DNA of 51,262 nucleotides from an uncultured Desulfovibrio sp. (GTDB taxonomy: Bacteria; Desulfobacterota; Desulfovibrionia; Desulfovibrionales; Desulfovibrionaceae), in the NCBI GenBank assembly GCA_964635595.1, contig CAZWOT010000001.1, positions 1-51,262 on the forward strand, read 5' to 3'. Position 1 is the stretch's first letter, and each line of letters opens with the position of its first letter. The notes under the pieces were generated by a model. It saw only the letters and a program-made list of their open reading frames with translations. It was not told the DNA's origin and did no database searches. The translations under genes and the position numbers were made by a program. Positions 10,211 to 20,499 of this stretch are shown in pieces.

Positions 10211-10495
10211 CTACCACCTCTTGGTCTTCAGGTTGTGCACGTGGACATGCATGCCCTTCTTGATGGGCTGGACGACCTTGCCGATGTCCGTTCCGTACTT
10301 GATGATGGTGTCGCCCACCTCGAAGTCCTTCAACGCGACCTTGTGCCCGATGGGGATGTCGTCAAGGACGTTGAACTTGACCAGCTCGTCTTCCTGCATG
10401 ATCCAACCGGTGCACTCATTGCCCTTTTTCAGGTCCTCGACGACAACGACACCGACGCCGTCGCCCTGTTCGTGCACGACAAAATCAATGCCCAT
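10211..10495 (-). CDS. suyA: (R)-sulfolactate sulfo-lyase alpha subunit (SAF domain)
   Basis: 94 aa, [10 protein letters not shown]...IIKYG...[21 protein letters not shown]. Confidence 0.9.
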   Translation of the reverse strand: MGIDFVVHEQGDGVGVVVVEDLKKGNECTGWIMQEDELVKFNVLDDIPIGHKVALKDFEVGDTIIKYGTDIGKVVQPIKKGMHVHVHNLKTKRW

Positions 10496-10848
10496 ATGAA
10501 CTCCTTGGCTTCTAGCTCCCGCTTTCGTCGGCGTTGCGCATCCCCGACAGGGGCATGGAACGGTCGAAAGCGCTCGTGGTTGGAGGGTGTGGCGGATACG
10601 GTATCCGCACTGCCTGGCAACCGGGTGCTGCAAACGGGGTGGCTGTACGGCGCACGCGCCAGATTTTCCGGAAGAGGCGGCCTTTCGTGCGCTGCCAGGG
10701 GCGGGGGAACTACCTGATCAGGTTGGAACGGATTCCTGCCCCTTGTTTTCCCTGGAGTCTTGCCGGGGAAACTTGTCGACTTTGGGGGTGTCCGGTATTC
10801 TTCGCCCACATTGTTGCCGGACTGGCGGGAACCCGTCTGCAGAAATAA

Positions 10849-10865
10849 TGCAAATTATGTGCCGA
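10849..10865 (-). promoter_or_regulatory. Sigma-54 (-24/-12) promoter facing suyA
   Basis: Minus strand TCGGCAC-ATAAT-TTGCA matches TGGCAC-N5-TTGCW with exact spacing, next to a divergent sigma-54 activator gene. Confidence 0.8.
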
Positions 10866-10998
10866 ATTTCATTTGCGCGGCCGAAGCTTCCTGGACTTCA
10901 TTTGTAACATCAAAGAATCGGTGAAATTTTTGCCCCTGAATCTGCAGCGCGACAGGAATGTCAGGGGTGGTTCCGGTCACATGCATGAAGACGATGTG

Positions 10999-11014
10999 TG
11001 CCCATATTTGGGCA
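10999..11014. promoter_or_regulatory. Palindrome, candidate upstream activator sequence
   Basis: TGCCCA-TATT-TGGGCA, ~135-150 bp upstream of the -24 element and just before the activator's own RBS. Confidence 0.5.
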
Positions 11015-11034
11015 AAAAGTGGAGGATTTTGGGC

Positions 11035-12717
11035 ATGGCGAACATCAACTTCGGCTGGGACCTCAACGATCCGCAGTACGTGCTCGCGGTCATTCGCCGC
11101 CTTGCGAGTCAGGTGAAGGGGCGGTGCGACCGGAGCACGCTCTTTTCGTGCATCGGCACGGAGCTGAAGGGCTCGATCCATTACGACAGGCTCTGCATCA
11201 ACCTCTACGACGCGGACCGCGAGTTTCTGACCGCGCTTTCCGAACCGGACGGCACGGCGTCGGAAATGTTCTCGAACACCCGTATAGCCCAGGACACCGT
11301 CGCCTGGCAGGTCATCCAGTCGCGCAAGCCGGTGCTCATCCCGGACCTCTCGCGCATGAAGTCCATGGGCGCCTCGTCCCTTGCCTCGGCGGGCCTCGTG
11401 TCCACTGTGGCCGTGCCGCTGCTCCTGAACGACAAGGTGGTGGCAACGCTCCATGCTTCCTTCAGCTATGCCCCGGAAAACCTTGTCCAGATCCAGGTCT
11501 TTCTCACGGCTCTTGGCCCCGTGCTTGCAATGATGCTCTTCGTCGTGCTGACCGAGGAGCAGGAAATCCGCAACAAGGCCATGCACAGGAGCGGCATGCA
11601 CGCGACAAGCGACTACGCCAGGCTTGGACGCCAGGAGCCCGACGGGAGGCTTCTCGACACGGCCGACATGGGCCAGGTCATGAAGCTCGCGAGAAAGGCC
11701 GCCAGGCTGCGCATACCCGTGCTCATCTGCGGGGAGACAGGCACGGGCAAGAGCATGATGGCCCGCTGGCTCCACCGCAACGGCGACCGGCAGGATGCGC
11801 CCTTCATCAAGGTCAACTGCCCGTCGCTGCCCCCGACCCTCTTCGAGAGCGAGATGTTCGGCTACGCCAAGGGCGCCTTCACCGGGGCCGTGACCAACCG
11901 CATAGGACGCATAGAGATGGCCTCGAACGGCACCCTCTTTCTGGACGAGATTGGCGAGCTCACGCCCGACATGCAGAGCAAGCTTTTGCAGGTCCTGGAG
12001 GAAAACTGCTTCGAGCGGGTCGGCGACGCCACGTCCATCGGCGTGGACATCCGCATCATATCCGCCACCAATATAGCCGTGCGCGAGGCCATTGCCTCGG
12101 GAAGACTGCGCCGCGATCTCTTCTACCGCCTCTCGCCGATCATTCTGAATCTTCCGCCCCTGCGCCAGAGAAGGCGAGACATCCCTCATCTGATCTCCTA
12201 TTTTCTCGAGGACACGGCAAGACAGTGGGAAATGAAGGCGCCGCATGTGCCGGCCGCCATGATGGCAAAGCTTTGCGAGTACTCCTGGCCCGGCAACCTG
12301 CGCGAGCTGCGCAACGCGGTAAGCCGCCTTCTCCTCCTGTCGCTGGACGGCAGGATGGCAGACGTCTCCCTTTCCGACGTCCTGAACGACTGGGACATCG
12401 ACACGCCGGGCAGAAGCGGCGAGCCGAACCCCGACGCCATGGCTGGAGGTCAGGAGCTGCGCGGCATGATCACCGCCGGGAGCGGCACCGGGAGCACGAC
12501 CACGCCGGATGCGGGGCAGGGAGCGCCGCGGCTCTCTCTGGCCGAGGAGGCTCCCCTGCCAACGCTCGAGGAAAACGAGCGCGAGCACATCCTGCGCGCC
12601 CTGAAACAGGCCGGAGGACGGCTTGGCGGAGCCAGGGGCGCGGCTGCCCTGCTCGGCATACCGCGCACGACACTGCAGCACAGGATGCGCAAGCTGGGCA
12701 TCGGCCAGGAGGCATAG
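11035..12717 (+). CDS. Sigma-54-dependent enhancer-binding protein (GAF + AAA+ + Fis HTH, FhlA-like)
   Basis: GETGTGKS, ESEMFGYAKGAFTGA, TLFLDEIGE, WPGNLREL, C-terminal HTH AAALLGIPRTTLQHRMRKLGI. GGAGG RBS before ATG 11035. Confidence 0.92.
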   Translation: MANINFGWDLNDPQYVLAVIRRLASQVKGRCDRSTLFSCIGTELKGSIHYDRLCINLYDADREFLTALSEPDGTASEMFSNTRIAQDTVAWQVIQSRKPVLIPDLSRMKSMGASSLASAGLVSTVAVPLLLNDKVVATLHASFSYAPENLVQIQVFLTALGPVLAMMLFVVLTEEQEIRNKAMHRSGMHATSDYARLGRQEPDGRLLDTADMGQVMKLARKAARLRIPVLICGETGTGKSMMARWLHRNGDRQDAPFIKVNCPSLPPTLFESEMFGYAKGAFTGAVTNRIGRIEMASNGTLFLDEIGELTPDMQSKLLQVLEENCFERVGDATSIGVDIRIISATNIAVREAIASGRLRRDLFYRLSPIILNLPPLRQRRRDIPHLISYFLEDTARQWEMKAPHVPAAMMAKLCEYSWPGNLRELRNAVSRLLLLSLDGRMADVSLSDVLNDWDIDTPGRSGEPNPDAMAGGQELRGMITAGSGTGSTTTPDAGQGAPRLSLAEEAPLPTLEENEREHILRALKQAGGRLGGARGAAALLGIPRTTLQHRMRKLGIGQEA

Positions 12718-13233
12718 TCGGGCATGCCCGTCGGCATGCGTCATCCCGCCATGCCGGACAAACAGCCGAAAGCACGGCCGTAGGGGCAAGTTTGGCATGG
12801 CCGCAGGTTTTTCCCGTTTTCGGGCGGAATTTGCGGTCATGCCCTTTCCCGGCTGTCGTTCACGCAGGCATTGGGCATGCTGAAGCGACGAGTTTTGCCC
12901 CTTTGCCCAAGGAGGGGAAAGAGCCATGGCAGTCAGGGGGGGGCAACATCGACGTTTTCAGGGGGTGCAGATATGGAACCTTGGATTTGGCCAATTTGAT
13001 CTCCTTCAACTTCTTGTCATTGCCTCCTTTTCTTGGCGATGTCGTAAGTTCTTCCTACGAGCTCATCGACTTCGGACTCCCATAGGCCACTTTCATCCTA
13101 AATTTTCACGAAAAGGACACACGAGGTAGTGAGATTCGCCGTCAGAGAGGGAATTTTTTTGGGGGGCCAAATTTTCGCTTTTTGCTTTGACGCCCAAACA
13201 AACTACCCTCCTTTGTCACTGCCAATCAAGGCT

Positions 13234-13261
13234 GGGAGTGTAAGTTTCTGTGTGTAAATTG
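13234..13261. mobile_element. Solitary IS256-family-like terminal inverted repeat (IS remnant)
   Basis: GGGAGTGTAAGTTTCTGTGTGTAAATTG resembles the G(G/A)GAGTGT(A/C)A...TGTGTAAA ends of IS256-family elements as recalled. Lies in a lower-GC intergenic stretch with no transposase ORF. Confidence 0.45.
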
Positions 13262-13503
13262 AGGCTGGAGGCAGGATTCTCTCCTCCCCTCGGGGACGGG
13301 GAAACAGTCATACAGAGAGCTTTGAATCACACTGACTCAACAGCAGAGACGATGCCAAGTCGCGTCGTTCGCCCTCTCCCTCCCTGGCACCCCCTGGGGG
13401 GCCCAAGGAGGGAGAGGGGCCCATCATCGAGTATATTCTGGGGGCTCTTGATCATTCGCTTGACAAGCGTCGAGAGTCGGGTGCCGACAATTGAACGCCA
13501 GGC

Positions 13504-13548
13504 AAAGAAAGAGGCGGCAGCGGGGGACCATGTTCCCCCGTTGCCGCC
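13504..13548 (-). terminator. Intrinsic terminator after ybgF
   Basis: Stem GGCGGCAGCGGGGGA/TCCCCCGTTGCCGCC followed on the minus strand by TCTTTCTTT. Confidence 0.65.
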
Positions 13549-13579
13549 ATGTGCATTTTCGCCTGAATCGCGTGTTGCC

Positions 13580-14533
13580 TCATGAATTGGTCTTCAGGAA
13601 GGTTTTGGCCCTCGCGGCCTCTGCGCTTTGCGGGTACTTCTTGATGAGTTCGTTCATGCGGGCGCGGGCGGCCTTGTTCTGCTTGAGCTTGCTGAAGCAG
13701 ATGCCCTGCTTCAGGTACGCGCCAGGGGCGCGGCTCGAGTCCGGGTACTGGTTGATGACCGTGTCGTAGGCAAGGGCCGCGTCCGCGAACTGGTTGGTCT
13801 GGAAGTAGCACTCGCCAAGGTAGTACTGGGCCTGGGCGGCCTTGGGGCCGGTGCCGTAGTTTTGCAGGTAGTCCGAGAAGGAGCGCTGGGCGTCGGCGTA
13901 GTTCTTCGAGTTGAAGGCGTTGACGCCGGCCTCGTAGAGGGCCTCGCTGATGTCCTGGTTGGCGGTCTGCTGCCTGGGCCTGGGCGTCTCCTGTCCCCAG
14001 GTGCCGGCGCTGGGCGTCGCGGCGGCCTGGGCGGCCGAGGCCTGAGTGGTGGAAGTGACCGCATCGCCGATGCCTCCGTAGGCGCCGGAGGAGCTTTGCG
14101 TGAGCGAGGGGCTCGTGGCGCCGAAGTTGGGGGTGATCACGGGGGAGGCGGCAGACACGTCTGCCTGGGGCTGGGCTGCGGGCGTGGGATTGGCCTGGGG
14201 CGTGATGGGATCGCCCAGATCGAACTTGAGCGCCATGGAGGTCTCTATCTGGCGCAGGGCCTCGTCATGACGGTTCAGCTTGTCCACGAGCACGGACGAG
14301 CCGCCAATGCGGCGCAGGTCCGCGAGCTGTCCGCGCAACTCCTGCACTTCCTCGCGCAGGCTCTGCACCTGGTTCCAGGCGTCGGCCTGGACCGGCTGCA
14401 TCTGCCTGATCTGCGCGTCGTGCTGCAGAAGCTGGGATTCCAGCTCGTCGTTGCGGGTGGCGCACCCGGCAAGGATGCCCGCCATGAGCGCGAGAATGAG
14501 CAAGTTTTTTTTGTTCACGCTTTTGTTCTCCAT
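13580..14533 (-). CDS. ybgF: Tol-Pal system TPR lipoprotein YbgF/CpoB
   Basis: Lipobox LAGC, N-terminal coiled coil, P/A/Q linker, C-terminal TPRs (AQYYLGECYF, ELIKKYPQSAEA). Confidence 0.85.
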   Translation of the reverse strand: MENKSVNKKNLLILALMAGILAGCATRNDELESQLLQHDAQIRQMQPVQADAWNQVQSLREEVQELRGQLADLRRIGGSSVLVDKLNRHDEALRQIETSMALKFDLGDPITPQANPTPAAQPQADVSAASPVITPNFGATSPSLTQSSSGAYGGIGDAVTSTTQASAAQAAATPSAGTWGQETPRPRQQTANQDISEALYEAGVNAFNSKNYADAQRSFSDYLQNYGTGPKAAQAQYYLGECYFQTNQFADAALAYDTVINQYPDSSRAPGAYLKQGICFSKLKQNKAARARMNELIKKYPQSAEAARAKTFLKTNS

Positions 14534-14606
14534 GTGGAGGTCTTTGAGTCCGAGTAGAAGAGCGAGAGATAGCGAGGTCGCGGCGAAGCTTTTCGGCCCG
14601 CAGGCG

Positions 14607-14870
14607 TCAGCTGCGGCCTGTGCCGGAATCGCCACCGTCCCTGGCGTCGCCTTGCGGCGCGTGTTTCACTATCCTTGCCCCGGCAAAGCGGCGCCCCATG
14701 ATGAGGTAGAGAAGGCCGCCCAGCACGGGCAGAAAGACGCAGAAAAGAAGCCAGATCGCCTTCTTGGGCAGATCGCCCGCAAAATCGTGGCTCCATATAT
14801 GCCACACGCCCCACAGGTTGGGCAATATGGGCACAATCGCCACCAGTACGTGCCACCATTCAAAGGTCAT
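14607..14870 (-). CDS. Small membrane protein, PLDc N-terminal domain
   Basis: Two TM helices, KAIWLLFCVFLPVLGGLLYLIMGR motif. Confidence 0.75.
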   Translation of the reverse strand: MTFEWWHVLVAIVPILPNLWGVWHIWSHDFAGDLPKKAIWLLFCVFLPVLGGLLYLIMGRRFAGARIVKHAPQGDARDGGDSGTGRS

Positions 14871-14923
14871 GAGGCTTGTCCGTCCTGTATCGTCGGTACC
14901 TTGTCAAAAGGGGATTTCGGGCA

Positions 14924-15433
14924 TCAGCCCCTGCCGCCCCTGGAGGGCTGCGCCTCGCGCTTGTCGTGGCCGAGGAGAATGGCCAGGGCGGCAAGGCCGG
15001 CGCCCACGCAGATGCCTATGTCCGCCACGTTGAAGGCGGGCCAGTGGGCGTCGCCCACGTAAAAGTCGAGAAAGTCCGTGACCGCCCGCTCGCGCACCCG
15101 GTCAATCAGGTTGCCCACGGCTCCGCCCATGACAAGGCCCAGGCCCCACCACAGGATGGGCGCATGACCGCTTTTCCTCACGAGCTGGATGATGACGGTG
15201 CAGGCAAGGAGGGTCGCGCCCAGAAAGAGCCAGACCTGCCAGTCGATGTCGGAGCGGTTCAGAAAGCCGAAGGCCGCTCCGCGGTTGCGGATGTTGACCA
15301 GGTTGAAGAGTCCCGGGACGACCTCGACGGAGGCGTCAAGCGGCAGGGTGCGGTTCACGAGCCACTTGCTTGCCTGGTCGAGGACAAGGACAAGCGGCGC
15401 TGCGAGACTGAGCACCCTCCAGCGTCGCTCCAT
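14924..15433 (-). CDS. lspA: Lipoprotein signal peptidase II
   Basis: DQASK, NRGAAFG, GAVGNLIDR, VTDFLD, WPAFNVAD. Follows ileS. Confidence 0.97.
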   Translation of the reverse strand: MERRWRVLSLAAPLVLVLDQASKWLVNRTLPLDASVEVVPGLFNLVNIRNRGAAFGFLNRSDIDWQVWLFLGATLLACTVIIQLVRKSGHAPILWWGLGLVMGGAVGNLIDRVRERAVTDFLDFYVGDAHWPAFNVADIGICVGAGLAALAILLGHDKREAQPSRGGRG

Positions 15434-15436
15434 GGC

Positions 15437-18262
15437 CTACTCCCCGTTGGCGCCAAGGGCGTCCATGACGCCGGCGCAGCGCGGGCAAAGGTCCGGATGG
15501 GAGGGCCGGGTGCCGATTTCGGTGGAGTACATCCAGCAGCGCGGGCACTTGTCGCCCTCGGCCTTTTCGACCTTGATGGCGATGTCGGCCATCTGCTCGT
15601 CCTTCGCGGCGTCGGCCGGAGCCTTCTCGATGTCCTCGACCGAGAGTTTCGAGACAAGGCAGTACTCGCGCATGTCGAGGCCCACGCGCTCGAGGCTCTC
15701 CCTGGCTTCCTTCGCGAGGTAGAGGGTCACGCTCGTGTCGAGGGAGTGGCCGATGCCGCCCTCGCGGCGCAAGGGCTCGATGGCCCTCGTCACGGCCCCG
15801 CGGATGTCCTGCAGGACCTTCCAGTCCTGGCGCGTTGTTTCCGGCAGGAGCCAGCCGGACACGTCCAGGGGCCGAAGGGCAAAGACGGTCTTCTCGGGGC
15901 CTTTCAGGGCTGCCGGGAAGTAGGAATAGATTTCCTCGGCCGTGAAGGAGAGGATGGGGGCAAGCTCGCGCACGAGGAGCTGCAGGATGTGCCAGAGCGC
16001 CGTCACCGCCGAGCGGTAGGGCACGCTGTCCCTGGCCGAGCAGTAGACGCGGTCTTTCAGAACGTCGATGCAGAGCACCGAGAGGTCGGTCACGCAGTAC
16101 TCGTGCAGGATGTGGTAGACCTTGTGGAAGTCGTAGGAGAGGTAGGCCTGCTCGACGTTCTGCCAGATCTGCGCGGCCGTGGAGACGCTGGCCCGATCGA
16201 GGGGCAGAAGCTCGTCCAGGGGCAGCAGGTCCTTCTCCGCAAGGCCGTCCACGCAGCCGAGGATGTAGCGGCAGGTGTTTCGGATGCGGCGGTAGGCATC
16301 CACGAGGCGGGCGATGATGTCCTCGGAGAGGCGCACGTCGTCGCGGTAGTCCACGCTCGAGGCCCACAGGCGCACCACGTCGGCGCCGTACTTCTCGATG
16401 ATTTCCTGCGGGGCAATGACGTTGCCCACGGACTTGGACATCTTGAAGCCCTTGCCGTCCACCACGTAGCCGTGGGTGAGCACGTTGCGGTAGGGCGCCC
16501 TGCCCTCGTTGCCCATGGAGACGAGCAGGGAGGAGTGGAACCAGCCCCTGTGCTGATCGGAGCCCTCGAGATAGAGGTCGGCCGGCCAGGACAGCTCGGG
16601 GCGCTCCTTGCAGACCGCGGCCCAGGTCGTGCCGGAGTCGAACCAGACATCGAGAATGTCGGTTTCCTTCTTCCAGCGCGTGCCGCCGCAGTGCGGGCAG
16701 GCAAGCCCCTCGGGCACGATTTCGGAGAGGTCGGCCTCGAACCACCAGTCGCAGCCCGTGGGGTGCTTGGCAAAGCGGGCGGAGATGTCCTTCATCCAGG
16801 CGGCGTCGTTCCAGGCCTCGCCGCAGTCCTCGCACAGAAGGGCCAGGATGGGCACGCCCCACTGACGCTGGCGCGAGATGCACCAGTCGGGGCGGGTGGC
16901 GATCATGTTGTGGATGCGCTCGCGCCCCCAGGAGGGAATCCAGGTCACGTCGTTGTCGATGGCGTCGAGAGCCTTCTTGCGCAGGTCGTTGGCCTCCATG
17001 CTGATGAACCACTGCGTGGTCGCCCGGTAGATGAGCGGGCTCTTGCAGCGCCAGCAATGGGGATAGCTGTGTTCGATGCGGCCGGAGCCGAGCAGGGCGC
17101 CTTTCTCTTTCAGCTTTTCGATGACGGGCACGTTGGCGTCGAAGACGTTGAGGCCCGCGAAGTGCTCGACGGAAGGCAAAAAGCAGGCCGAGTCGTCCAG
17201 GGGCGAGTAGATCTCGATCCCGTATTTGAGGCCCACCTCGTAGTCCTCCGGGCCGTGGCCGGGTGCCGTGTGCACGCAGCCCGTGCCGGCGTCCAGGGTG
17301 ACGTGGCCGCCCAGAACAAGCACCGAGTCGCGCTCGTAGATGGGGTGTCTGGCCTTCAGGTTCTCGAAGGCCCTGCCTTCGGCCTCGCCCACGATCGCGG
17401 GATTCTCCCAGCCGAACTCGCGGGAACATTTCTCGAGCAGATCCCTGGCCACCAGGTACTGGCAGCCGTCGGCCTCCACGAGGGCGTAGACAAAATCGGG
17501 GTTCAGGCACACGCCCATGTTGTCCGGAATGGTCCAGGGCGTGGTGGTCCAGATGACGACATGGGCGCGGGAGGGATCGGCTCCGGGGATGACCTTCGCG
17601 AGGCCCTCGTCGGCCAGGCGGAAGCGCACGTAGATGGAGTGCGAGGTCACGTCCCTGTACTCCACCTCGGCCTCGGCCAGGGCCGTGTGGCAGTGGCCGC
17701 ACCAGTAGATGGGCTTTTTCGCGCGAACAAGGCTCCCCTTTTCCACGAACTTGGCAAGCTCCATGCTCGTGGCCGACTCGAAGGCCGGGCGCATGCTCAA
17801 GTAGGGGTTTTCCCAGTCGCCGAAGACGCCGAGGCGTTTGAACTCCTTGCGCTGCACGTCGATCCACTTGGTCGCGTACTCGCGGCAGATCTTGCGCACC
17901 ACGTGGGCGGGCAGGGTCTTCTTCTTTTCCTTCAGCTCCTCTTCCACCTTGTGCTCGATGGGCAGGCCGTGGCAGTCCCAGCCGGGCACATAGGGGGCGC
18001 GATAGCCCAGCATGTTGCGCGACTTGACAATGATGTCCTTGAGAACCTTGTTGAGGGCGTGCCCCATGTGGATGTGGCCGTTGGCGTAGGGCGGGCCGTC
18101 GTGGAGGATGTACTCCCCGTTCGGGCAGGGAGCATCGAGCATGGCCCGGTTGGCGTCGATTTCCTGCCAGAAGGCAAGCATCTTCGGCTCCATCTGCACC
18201 AGGTTGGCCCGCATGGGGAACTTGGTGGAGGGCAGGTTCAGGGATTTCTTGTAGTCGCTCAT
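15437..18262 (-). CDS. ileS: Isoleucine--tRNA ligase (type 1)
   Basis: [38 protein letters not shown]-terminal CPRC...CPRC Zn site. Confidence 0.98.
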   Translation of the reverse strand: MSDYKKSLNLPSTKFPMRANLVQMEPKMLAFWQEIDANRAMLDAPCPNGEYILHDGPPYANGHIHMGHALNKVLKDIIVKSRNMLGYRAPYVPGWDCHGLPIEHKVEEELKEKKKTLPAHVVRKICREYATKWIDVQRKEFKRLGVFGDWENPYLSMRPAFESATSMELAKFVEKGSLVRAKKPIYWCGHCHTALAEAEVEYRDVTSHSIYVRFRLADEGLAKVIPGADPSRAHVVIWTTTPWTIPDNMGVCLNPDFVYALVEADGCQYLVARDLLEKCSREFGWENPAIVGEAEGRAFENLKARHPIYERDSVLVLGGHVTLDAGTGCVHTAPGHGPEDYEVGLKYGIEIYSPLDDSACFLPSVEHFAGLNVFDANVPVIEKLKEKGALLGSGRIEHSYPHCWRCKSPLIYRATTQWFISMEANDLRKKALDAIDNDVTWIPSWGRERIHNMIATRPDWCISRQRQWGVPILALLCEDCGEAWNDAAWMKDISARFAKHPTGCDWWFEADLSEIVPEGLACPHCGGTRWKKETDILDVWFDSGTTWAAVCKERPELSWPADLYLEGSDQHRGWFHSSLLVSMGNEGRAPYRNVLTHGYVVDGKGFKMSKSVGNVIAPQEIIEKYGADVVRLWASSVDYRDDVRLSEDIIARLVDAYRRIRNTCRYILGCVDGLAEKDLLPLDELLPLDRASVSTAAQIWQNVEQAYLSYDFHKVYHILHEYCVTDLSVLCIDVLKDRVYCSARDSVPYRSAVTALWHILQLLVRELAPILSFTAEEIYSYFPAALKGPEKTVFALRPLDVSGWLLPETTRQDWKVLQDIRGAVTRAIEPLRREGGIGHSLDTSVTLYLAKEARESLERVGLDMREYCLVSKLSVEDIEKAPADAAKDEQMADIAIKVEKAEGDKCPRCWMYSTEIGTRPSHPDLCPRCAGVMDALGANGE

Positions 18263-18499
18263 GAGTCGTGTTCTCGCGCGGGAAAAATTTGGGAACAGCG
18301 GGGCGCGAACATGGTTTCGGGCGCGGGCCCCTTTTTCGCGCCGCAAAAAATACGTATGGGGCCGATATAAGTCAAATGCCGGCACGAGGCCGGCATGACG
18401 GATGGTTCGGGGCCTTTGGGGCCCCTTGAAGAAGGGTCGCGGTTCTTTGGGACCGTCCACGCCCAGGGGCTGGATCGTGGGCGGGCCCTTTGGGGCGAG

Positions 18500-18748
18500 C
18501 TAGAGCTGGCCTGCCCTGTCGAGGGCGGCTGCGAACTCCCGTATGGCCTCGAGGTTGTCCCGAGCCTCCTTGGGGTCGAGCTTTCTCAGGGCAAAGCCCG
18601 CGTGCACGATGAGGTAGTCCCCCACTTCGGCGGGCTCTGGCAGGAGCATGCCCGAGGCCGTGAGCAGGGTGGGGCCGTTGCCCACGCGGACCTTGAGCAT
18701 GGTGTTTTCCAGTTTTTCCACGACCTGGGCCGGAATTGCCAGACACAT
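18500..18748 (-). CDS. hypC: [NiFe]-hydrogenase maturation chaperone
   Basis: MCLAIP N-terminus, VGDYLIVHAGFAL. Confidence 0.96.
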   Translation of the reverse strand: MCLAIPAQVVEKLENTMLKVRVGNGPTLLTASGMLLPEPAEVGDYLIVHAGFALRKLDPKEARDNLEAIREFAAALDRAGQL

Positions 18749-19074
18749 GGCGTGTCACTCCATGGTGGATGCCTGCTGTGCGTCTCCCGTTGTCCCTGAG
18801 GAGCCCTGGTCGTTCAAGGCGGACAGGAAGGAGACAGCTTTCGGGTGTCCCAAAAAAGAGAGAAAGCAGAGCGAAAAAGGGTGTTCCTCTTGCGCTCTGC
18901 GTGGATGTTCGTTCGGGAAAGGCCCGGGAGCCATTGAAAAAGCCCTGCAGGGCGTGTTCCCGGCAGCCCGAAGCAGTTCGGGAGCATCGTCCCTGAACGC
19001 CAGACTGTCAAACGTGTCGCCAAAGGCGGGACCTGAACAGCCTGGCCGGGGAAACGAGGTCGCCCCATAGGGGA

Positions 19075-19272
19075 CTACTCTTCGGTTTCCTGCTTCTTCC
19101 CGCAGCCAAGCTTCGACTTGACCGAGTTCATGATCTTCAGGATGTCCTCATCCTTGGTGGGATAGATGAGGGTGTTCCACAGGACCGCGAAGATGGGCAG
19201 AATCAGGATGATCGAGATGTAGGCCCAGTTCTTCGAATAGATGAAGTACTGATAGAAGGTATCGAATTCCAT
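19075..19272 (-). CDS. nhcD: Small membrane subunit of the Nhc complex (HmcD-like)
   Basis: 65 aa, one TM helix, last gene of the nhc operon, GGAGG RBS. Confidence 0.7.
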   Translation of the reverse strand: MEFDTFYQYFIYSKNWAYISIILILPIFAVLWNTLIYPTKDEDILKIMNSVKSKLGCGKKQETEE

Positions 19273-19287
19273 GGGAGCCTCCCGTCT

Positions 19288-20499
19288 CTAGTGATGTTCC
19301 TTGAAGTCGGGGTGCTCGTACAGGATCGGCATGTGGTAGCAGATGAACCTGTAGCAGGTGACGATCATGGTCACCACGAACACGGACACCATGATTTCCG
19401 GAAGGGCCGGGAAGTAGCGCTCGTCCGCGGGCAGCTTCCAGTTGAAGGCAATCATGGAGATGATGAAGCGGTTGAGCACGATGCCAAGCACGGCCAGGAC
19501 CGATGCGGCGCGGCAGAGCGGCACGTTGAGGTCGCGGGAGCCCTTGGCATAGAGCACGGCCGGAAGCAGGATGAAGACGAACATCTCGACCAGCCACAGC
19601 ACGCCGTAGCTCGTGAAGAGATAGTGCACGTTGGCGTGGACCAGCATGTCCACGAGGCGCATGATGAAGTAGGAGAACAGGATGACGGACGCGGCCTTGG
19701 AGAAGCTCAGGGTCACGTCGGCGGACTGGCTCAGGTGCTTCTTGTCCATGTAGTCGTGCATGCCCTTGTGGGCCAGCATGCCCTCGAAGACCACCATGGA
19801 GGCGCCGGCCACCATGGAGGACACGAAGAAGAACATGGGCAGGAAGGGCGAGTACCACAGCGGATGGAGCTTGCCGGGCGCGATCAGGAAGAGGGAACCG
19901 AGCGAGGACTGGTGCAGGGTGCTCAGGCACACGCCCATGATGGTCAGAAGAATGGTGAACTTCTCGATCCAGTGCCTGTAGGTGAGCAGGAAGCGGAACT
20001 TCTTGCCCAGCCACTCGGCCGGGGCCACGGAGAACTCGATGAAGAGCACGGTCACGTAGGTGGCCACGCACAGGCCGACCTCGAAGAGAACGGAGGTCGT
20101 GCCGGGGAAGAAGAACATGAAGGGCAGGCGCAGCGGATGGCCCAGGTCGTAGAGCAGGGCCACGACCACGAAGAGGTAGCCGAGGAAGGCCGTGAGCACG
20201 GCCGGCCTTGCCGCCGAATGGTACTGCTTCATGCCCATGACGTAGCAGGCCACGGTGGTGAAGTAGCCGCCGGCGGCAAGCGCCACGCCGCACAGAAGGT
20301 CGAAGCCGATCCAGATGCCCCAGGGGTAGTTGTCGTCCAGGTTGGAGACCGAGCCGATGCCCTGGGTAAAGCGCACGACGGTGACCGCGAGGCCCAGGGC
20401 AAGCAGAATGTAGGTGATGACGTTGCCGGGCGTGAGCCTCAGCAGGGGCCCCATGTTGAACAGCTTGTCCTTGGTGGGGATGACAATCTTGGTTTCCAT
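19288..20499 (-). CDS. nhcC: NrfD/HybB-family integral membrane subunit
   Basis: PWGIWIGFDLLCGVALAAGG, YDLGHPLR, SVLFEV, LSTLHQSSLG, KLHPLWYSP. Confidence 0.88.
   Translation of the reverse strand: METKIVIPTKDKLFNMGPLLRLTPGNVITYILLALGLAVTVVRFTQGIGSVSNLDDNYPWGIWIGFDLLCGVALAAGGYFTTVACYVMGMKQYHSAARPAVLTAFLGYLFVVVALLYDLGHPLRLPFMFFFPGTTSVLFEVGLCVATYVTVLFIEFSVAPAEWLGKKFRFLLTYRHWIEKFTILLTIMGVCLSTLHQSSLGSLFLIAPGKLHPLWYSPFLPMFFFVSSMVAGASMVVFEGMLAHKGMHDYMDKKHLSQSADVTLSFSKAASVILFSYFIMRLVDMLVHANVHYLFTSYGVLWLVEMFVFILLPAVLYAKGSRDLNVPLCRAASVLAVLGIVLNRFIISMIAFNWKLPADERYFPALPEIMVSVFVVTMIVTCYRFICYHMPILYEHPDFKEHH

Noticed and set aside
428-18370. Long antisense or alternate-frame ORFs (e.g. 428-1927, 1944-4118, 8250-10499, 14876-18370)
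   Set aside because: Shadow ORFs of high-GC genes: they overlap well-supported genes and show no motifs.
18263-18499. T-box leader upstream of ileS
   Set aside because: Hairpins are present, but no T-box consensus (GGTGGNACCGCG) on the coding strand.
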